DNA from: Azolla caroliniana
Taxonomy: Eukaryota; Plantae; Polypodiophyta
NCBI GenBank assembly: GCA_043228905.1
Contig: JBHGNT010000008.1
Location: 3,782,001-3,846,000, forward strand
Reading direction: 5' to 3'
Length of the DNA: 64,000 bases
Positions 57,046-64,000 of the stretch are shown piece by piece. A model generated the notes under the pieces. The model was not told where the DNA came from. It saw nothing but the letters and a program-made list of their open reading frames with translations, and did no database searches. Position numbers and translations under genes: made by a program. How positions within the stretch are numbered: position 1 is the stretch's first letter; each line of letters begins with the position of its first letter.

Positions 57046-58543
57046 TGTTAGGAAACAGGTCCCTCCGGATGGGAAGTCAAAAGAAGCAGAGAAGGCTGAT
57101 ATGATGAAGGTTCCATATGCCTCTGCCGTCGGGAGCTTAATGTACGCAATGGTATGTACCCGACCGGATATAGGATACGTAGTCGGAGTGGTGAGCCGGT
57201 TTATGAGCAATCCCGGCAAGGAGCACTAGAACGCAGTCAAATGGATACTCCGGTACTTGAAGGGCACTTCGAATATGTGTCTCCGATTCGGCTCCGGTAA
57301 ACCTCAACTTGACGGTTTTACCGATTCAGACATGTCAGCTAATGTGGATACCAACCAGTCTACATCCGGGTATGTAATGACATATGCAGGGGGAGTTGTT
57401 TCGTGGCAGTCGAGGTTGTAGAAGACGGTTGCGATGTCAACCACGAAGGCGGAGTACATGGCGGCTATGGAAGCTGGCAAGGAAATATTATGGATGAAGG
57501 ACTTCATCGGAGAGCTCGGTATCAGGCAAGATGAATACCGGCTCTACTACGACAGTCAAAGTGCCATCCACCTTGCTAAGAATGCGGCCTACCATTCTCG
57601 GACGAAGCATATCCAGCGAAGGTATCACTGGATCCGGGAAAGAGTAGATGACCAGAAGTTCGCGTTGACGAAGATCCACACGGTCGAGAATGGGTCAGAT
57701 ATGTTGACCAAAGTACTGATACCCAACAAGCTGGATGCATGCCCAAAGTGGATCGGACTAGTAAGACATCCCATGCCGGAGTGAAGGGGGAGTTTGTTAG
57801 GAAACAGGTCCCTCCGGATGGGAAGTCAGAAGAACAGTACTAATGAGCAAACTTGGCCGAGGCCGAAACCGGATGAGGAATACCCAGCTACAGAAGACCT
57901 GGTGAGAACCAGATGACGAGTACCTGGCTACGGAGAGCTGGATGTTGCAGACCCGGTGAGAACCGGATGACGAGTACTCGGCTACGGAGAGCCGGATGGT
58001 GCAGACCCGGTGAGAACCGGATTACGAGTACCCGACAAGCGCTGAATGATGCAGGCCCGGTGAGGAGTGCTCACCGGATGAAGAGACATATTCGTAAATA
58101 TGTTTCTGAGAGTCCATCGTGGCTATATTTGTAAATAGCCGAAAAGTCATATTAGTATAAATATGACTTAGGGCAAACTCTTTGTATAGACAGTGCGAGA
58201 GAGTTGTTGTTATTCTTGTTGACGTAAGATTAGAGCGCGCAACTATGTACAGAGAGAGTGAGAGAGAGGAAGAGGTTGTTGCCTCTGATTGTAACCGCCG
58301 CTTGTGGCGAAGATAGCAAGCTCGAGGTCGTGGCCTCGGTGCTTTCTTATTGTACATTCTGACATAGTGATAGTTTGCGGTCTGTGGGCTGTCATGGTTT
58401 TTTCCCGAGTTTGGGTTTTCCACGTAAACATCCTGTGTACTCTTCTCTCTATCGTGTTGTGTTTTCATTCCCTGTTTTCTATGTTTTATTCTAGGCTCGG
58501 TTGTGGCCGAGCGTTGTTCAAAGGGAGTGTGTAGTTCCTGTCA
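57046..58543 (+). mobile_element. Copia element E, internal-deletion derivative inserted in the integrase of B: 5' LTR stub 57046-~57086, RT C-terminus/RNaseH, 3' LTR 57795-58543, TSD AGATG
   Basis: Perfect AGATG at 57041-57045 and 58544-58548. TGTTAGGAAACAGGTCCCTCCGGATGGGAAGTCA starts at both 57046 and 57795. Motifs VPYASAVGSLMYAMVCTRPDI, STTKAEY and HSRTKHI, with PPT GAAGGGGGAG. The host integrase reads CESC*M|HSVIRH across it. Confidence 0.93.
57895..58085 (+). repeat. ~51-bp tandem subrepeats within the LTR of copia E
   Basis: CCCGGTGAGAACCGGATGACGAGTAC... is repeated about 3.5 times, visible as RPGENRMTST repeats in ORF 57913-58134. Confidence 0.85.
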
Positions 58544-61500
58544 AGATGCATTCCGTAATCCGGCATCAAGATGAGCTGCACCCGACTTACCCGTCGACCG
58601 TCCACTTCAAGTGGATGGTGGACTTGGTGACGATGCTAATGGGGGTAGGGCAGATGTGGTACCTGGTGCTGGCAAAAGAGGATTTGACGAACCAAGTGGA
58701 GGGTCGGGCATTGCCAAACAAGACCACTGTAGTCGTGTGTCAGTTCCTAATTGAGAAAGTGGCGTGCCAGTACAGGTGCATGGGAAAGATCGTGGTTGAC
58801 CGGGGAGAGATGGATGCGCAAGAAGCCGACGAGTTGTTGAGTCGGCTAGGGGTTAAGCTTTCCCTCACTATGGCATACAATCCAGAGGCGAACGGGAAGG
58901 TAGAGTGCAGGCACGAGCCGATTGTGAAGGTGTTAGTACAGGCTTGCGAAGGACAAGTCGAGAATTGGCCGCAGCTCCTACCTTACGCATTGTGGGTGGA
59001 CTGAACTACGCATAGTTCAATAACCGGGTTCATGCCGGCAAAGCTGATGTATGGGCAGAAGCCGATCATGCCGATAGAGCAAACGATCTCCTTGTGGGCA
59101 GCGGTGGACTGGAGAGACAAGATGAGCCGGGAAGAGCTACTGGCGGCGCAGATTTGACACCTCGAGCAAAGACCAGAGGACGTGGAGCGGGCAAAGGCGA
59201 AGTTGCATGCGGCAAGGGAAAGGAACAAATGCCGGTTCGACCGAATGCACCGGCTACAACCAAAGAAGATCGAGGAAGGTGACTAGGTTCTGGTGTACGA
59301 TAGTAGCCTCGACAACCAGCACAAGGTTGTGCGTAAGTTCGCGAGGAGGTGGTTCGGGCCCTACACCGTAACGAGCGCGAACGACAACGGCACCTACCAT
59401 CTTGCGGAGCTCGACAGGACACGGATAGAGGTGTTGGTAGCCGGGAAGAGGATCAAGGCCTTCAAGAAGGGGCATGAAGGCGAACTAGACTTGGTAAGCG
59501 TGGGCGATCGCGAGCCGGTTTTCTCTAGTATTTGTCCCTCTCCGACGCATACCGGTGGATGTGCGGTTTGGTGGGGGTGGATGTCGTGAAGAAAACCGGC
59601 CTTAGGAGGAATCGATGAATAAGATGCATGAACCGGCCCTTACGCGTGGGCACAAGTATTGATAAGATGTACATAATTAGGAATAGGTCGGCCGATGTAA
59701 ATATACTAGGTAGTACACATTTATTAGCTAGGAGATCAATGTGTATCTCTGTCCGAAGGGACAGAGAATAAAGATGATGTATTCAGGATGTGACGGCCCT
59801 CCCCAACGGCCTATAAAAGAAAAGGGAAAATGGTTGAAACATCTATCATGTATTAGGAGGACGAAGTGCTGTCGGACTGGGAACCGAGCACTCTTCTCAT
59901 TTTTCTTCGTTGAGATCTGCAGGTTTTGGTCGGCTTCCTCTGCTCGAGGGAGAAGCCCGTGCGCTTCAGTAAAGGCTCCATTGTGTGCTCTATGTGTGTG
60001 TGGGTGTTTGCACGTGGTCGCTCACCGGCTTGCCGGTTGAAATCTCGAAGAGCATTGTATTCGCCTAGTTGTCTTAATCGATTCCTCGCTTTTGAGTCCT
60101 CTGCGTATTTGTGTGTGTGTCTTGGCCCATTGTTGGCACGAAATCAAATGAGAGTGTGTTATTATTCATTCTTCGTACGTTGTCGCGGTAGTCGTTGAGC
60201 CGGCAAGCACGAGTCGAGGATCGTTCACCTAGTGAGCATTGCATACCTACTTGCCGGTAGTCGGTACTTGCCGGCCCATTGTTTTGTCGTGCTCCTCCCT
60301 CTATTCCGGGTATTCCTCAGTCTAGGCCCCAGCGGCCCCGCCTTAGTTTCCTATGGGAGAGCGTAACAACATGACAACGTGTACGCATGAGAGACAGAGA
60401 CAGATAGACAGACAGAACATAAACTCAATTCAAAATAATACTCTCAGTATTCTGTGTACATAGAATGTGCTCAGAGAGCACTTGTATACAAGTCCATAAA
60501 GGACTGACAGAAGTATTGACAGGTACTTCAATGCTCACATGAGTGACTATCACTGACTCCCAAAAATATGCCCGTACTAGGCTGGATCCGTAGGCCTCTA
60601 ACGGCCTGCCGGTTTCAATGCGATCCGGGTCTCCGATCCGGCTCCTGCCATTGACTCTTACTCATGTGTATCCTTGAAGAGCGTGGACCGCCATGTGCCA
60701 ATGTGGAGGAGTTTGTAAAAGTTATATCTAAGTTACGATGTCAATTACCACTACCACACAACACACATCTTTGAAGGATGTCATCTTTGTCCTTACCTAA
60801 GTCATATGTCAATGTTGGAATACCATCATCTAACGTTTCAATGGCGAAATAGTTGAGTGGTTGGCAAACACTCTTTAAGTACTAAAACTCCCACGATATG
60901 ATTGGTGGTAACTATTGCTCTCCTCTATTAGAATATTGATCTAAACCAATACGCTACCTAGTGTCTCGATAGGGGTTAAATGTTAATACATATAATAAGA
61001 ACATACAAAACTAGTTAATGCATATAAGAACATACAAAAAAAAGAAAAACACACTTTCATTAGTCTCGATGCACCATATCATGTACAAGGAGATAAATGT
61101 ATGCCTTTGAGTAATGCGCTTACTACTAATCCCATGGAAAGTGAAAGAAGATAGAGAGAGGGAAAATATTTCGCCTAAATATTATCTTAAGGTTTAAGAA
61201 TAATGACTAAAAAGGCATAAAGTGATATTTTAAAGCCTGTTACAAAGTTTTAGCCCTTTTCACGCCAATGTTAACTCTCTCGTTATCCGTCTTGTGTTGT
61301 TCCTAAACTTGCATCCTTGGTACAAATGTTGGTATCATCGTTGGGCAATGAAATTATGACAAGTACTTAACAATTAGTTAGAAGTTATATCCATGGGATG
61401 TGACAATGTTGTTATTGTAGATTGAGTCTCTATACTTTTGTACAAACCTTGTTTCTTCATTATGTTTGAGTAGGGCGCTCCATGTGCATGCAATATTTCC

Positions 61501-61550
61501 TCTTATATGTGGTCACATTCTCATTCGTCGAATTAGGTTCTTATGCCTAA

Positions 61551-61587
61551 TGTAAAGAATCAGAAATGATTCTGTGCAGCGGAAGTG

Positions 61588-61675
<88 letters not shown>

Positions 61676-64000
61676 ACGAGAGAGTGAGAGAAAACACAAG
61701 TATACAAAAAACTGGAAAACTGTATATTAACAAGAATGACCAACCAATAGTTACAAAGATGATGAGAAGGTGCTTATGTAGTCAGTCACCTTCTCTTTAT
61801 ACTCTCTCACTACAACTACCTCTTGAGAAAGAGGTGGTGTCTTAACTACCTACTAAGTATGTGTCATAGGAGTTAAGTTCTATGACACATTAGTTATGAT
61901 ACCAAGTATTGGTGGTGTGTCCACACACTTGTGGTCTTAGGATGTGTTCACACCACAAGTTGAGTTTGATTCTCAACATGCCCTTTCAAACACAACTTTT
62001 CGTTGTTGGATAGTCAGCTTTGGCTTTGGCTTCAACTATAGATGGCCAGCTCACTCCGTTTTCTGTGTTGATCTACTCCGTATGACTCCTTGTCGGGTGG
62101 TGGCCCCTTACTCCCCCTCAAGTTCGGTTGGTTGGCGGTCGAGAATCATAGGTTCGTAGTGAACTACCGCAACTTGTCGGCTCCTAGGGCCTCCGTGAAG
62201 ATGTCAACCATTTACAGGTTCGTGTTGATGTGTTGTGCCAAGTCGACATCTCCATCCAAGACATGTTTCGGATGAAGTGATAGTGCACCTTGATGTGCTT
62301 AGTCCGAGCGTGAAAAACAGGGCTCATTGTTGGCCGAAGAAAGAGTATGATCCGGGGCCGGAGAGTAATAGATAATTATAGAGAAAATGTATTAGGAAGT
62401 GACAGATTCGAATAGTTGTACCGATCCGGATCCGCACCGTTTTGTAATCGGATAGCCGGATAAGGCACCGTTGTGTACCCATACCAGATGCTTACATAAA
62501 GGATCCGGATTGATGTATGAATGAAGAAAGTAATGCCCGTAATGAGCGTAATATAAGTATTAATTGTATATCTTGTGTACTTGTCGTCTGTTCTTATCTC
62601 TTAATCTTACGCGTGTAATGCATTGTCGGATATGATATATGTATTCTGGGAAGTAACCAGATAAGTTTATAAGTGTAACGAAGCATTAATCCATCTTCTT
62701 GACCACACCTTTGGAGACATCCAAATCCTTGAGAATCCTCTTGAGCCATACAACTTCACATGTGGCCATAATCGCGCCTCTGTATTCAACTTCTGTGCTC
62801 AACATTTTCATTGTCGGCTGCATTTTGCTACTCCATGATATGGCTCCACTACTGAGAGAGAAGACGAATCTGGAAGTTGATCGTTTGTCGGCCTTATAGC
62901 TGGCCTATTTAGCATATGCGTATCCTTCGAGTCAAATTAATGTGGCTGATTTGTAGAGGATGTCATGATCCATAGTCCCACTTACATACCTTAGTACTCG
63001 CTTAGCACAATCTAGATGGATGTCACGAGGTGTTTACATGAACTGGCTAAGGAGGCTAACCGGATAACTAAGGTCGGGTTGAGTAATGTGGAGGTAGATC
63101 AGGCTTCCGATTAGCTGACGATAGTGAGTTGACTCACACTCTTCTATGTTGGAGTTGGCATTTAGTTTCAGGTTTTGATCGAGAGGGGTTGCCACAGATT
63201 TGCACTCAGTCATCCCAAACTTGTGTAACAAGTTGAGGATGTAGTGTCGTTGAGAGATCATAATGTTGGTTGGGGTTTGAATGACTTATATACCTAGAAA
63301 GTAATGGAGCTCCTTCATATCTTTCATTTTAAATCGCCCGGAGAGAAGCTTCTTGATATGATTGATATTGGCAAGGTGTTCTCCTCTTATTTCCTAGTCG
63401 TCGACGTATATAATGATGAATAGTTATCCTCTAGAGTCACTCCGAATTAACAGGGAATTGTCTGACTTGGACATTTTGAAGCCAATTTGGTGAAGATATT
63501 GGGTTGGCCTACATTTCTTCATTCATCGCTTCGACCCTTCGTGGATCCTTAGTTGCCTCAGCAAAACTTTCCTGCTCCCGAACCGTCCCCACCTTCATCA
63601 TAAAAGCATGGTGATATGCCATATAGTCATTGTAGTTGAATTGGTTGACTAGGTTCTTTTCTCGAGTGGAGCAAATAAGTTTTTCGTTTGCCATTGTGAG
63701 CTCTTTCTTTGCTCCAAGTGTCCTCATGATAGGCAATTCCAATCCACCATACTCATTGTCTAGCGAGTGAGCCGATCCATGTCCGTCAGATTTGCCATCT
63801 TCAAATTCAGGCATTTTTGCCTCCCCTTTGTTTGATCTCGGACTTGGCCGCTATGTGCTTTGATCACTTGGATGCTCTTGTGGTCCACTCAACCTGGTTG
63901 AGAATGGACTTCCCTCTAGTGTAAGGCTTAGTCGACCATCCTCCTCTAAGTCTATGTCGGGATCAGTGGCGATTGGTTCGGATGGAGTTTAGTTGACTAT
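61551..64000 (-). mobile_element. Copia element F (same lineage as A), decayed, continues beyond the window: 3' LTR ~61551-61978 containing (GT)n(GA)n, RNaseH, RT with a deletion
   Basis: ISQRHYILNLLHKFGMTECK and YNDYMAYHHAFMMKV..EAMNEEM closely parallel element A. HARTKHI lies at ~62295-62315. The LTR edge ...CTCAACA is at 61978, followed by a degenerate PPT. Confidence 0.85.
62328..62715 (+). mobile_element. LTR-like foreign fragment inserted in the RNaseH of copia F
   Basis: It begins with TGTTGG, interrupts the RNaseH reading between ..KDLDVS and ..SPVFHARTKH, and has non-coding LTR-like composition. The right end and TSD are not recognisable. Confidence 0.5.

Larger units (their letters stand above)
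36944..60376 (+). mobile_element. Ty3/gypsy element B (non-chromovirus), degenerate: LTRs 36944-37733 and 59582-60376, interrupted by elements C and E
   Basis: Paired ~790-bp LTRs with TGTCGTG...CACGACA-type ends, PBS at 37738-37755 and PPT TGGTGGGGGTGGA before 59582. Flanks are ACGC/ACGT. Gag, RT (LPQGGTNSVAH..PFLDNI), RNaseH and integrase (YNPEANGKVE, RWFGPY) are in gypsy order. The RT reads LESA|RLTF across the C insertion. Confidence 0.93.
31177..60645 (-). mobile_element. Copia element A (outermost layer): 3' LTR 31177-31577, internal region 31578-36853, 5' LTR split into 36854-36943 and 60377-60645 by gypsy B
   Basis: The LTR runs TGTCAAAGTGAACGTGC...CTCAACA. A PPT lies at 31578-31590 and a perfect tRNA-iMet PBS (GCTCTGATACCA on +) at 36842-36853. 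ORFs: gag (YLLGHGYWSYVEG), protease (YYVDSGASNHMT), integrase (LWHKQIGH, AERKNRSIVD), RT (MKDLGDLHYFLGIEV) and RNaseH (YTDADWVGD, VALSSTEAEY, HARTKHIEVHYHF). The LTR sequence resumes exactly at 60377, and the outer ~25 bp is missing. Confidence 0.92.

Noticed and set aside
57895-58085. Regularly spaced repeats as a CRISPR-like array
   Set aside because: They are head-to-tail tandem units with no unique spacers, sit inside a copia LTR, and the context is eukaryotic with no cas genes.

Overview
Eukaryotic land-plant genomic DNA, probably a non-seed plant such as a fern (inferred from gene content, microsatellite load and retroelement types). The first ~29 kb holds four host genes: an intronless PR-1/CAP protein (5279-5926, -), mitochondrial inner membrane peptidase IMP1 (4 coding exons, 17390-18238, +), cytosolic pyruvate kinase (3 exons, 22252-24295, +) and a CDKF;1-type CDK-activating kinase (2 exons, 26836-28960, -). 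These are interspersed with LINE 3' fragments, decayed Ty1/copia elements, microsatellites and short tandem duplications. From 31.2 to 60.6 kb is a nested retrotransposon stack. Copia A has gypsy B inserted in its 5' LTR; gypsy C sits in B's RT; gypsy D sits in C's RT; and a deleted copia E sits in B's integrase. Another decayed copia runs off the right end. The most striking system is the B/C/D gypsy lineage. All three have an 18-nt tRNA-Trp primer binding site and 4-bp target duplications that are, or reconstruct to, CpG-centred palindromes (ACGT, GCGC, CCGG). All three also have a Gag-protease ORF joined to RT-RH-IN by a conserved -1 frameshift cassette (G GAU UUU UAG plus a predicted pseudoknot). 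D has a DHG protease motif and a tRNA-like A/B-box segment in both LTRs. All calls were made by eye; no database searches were run.
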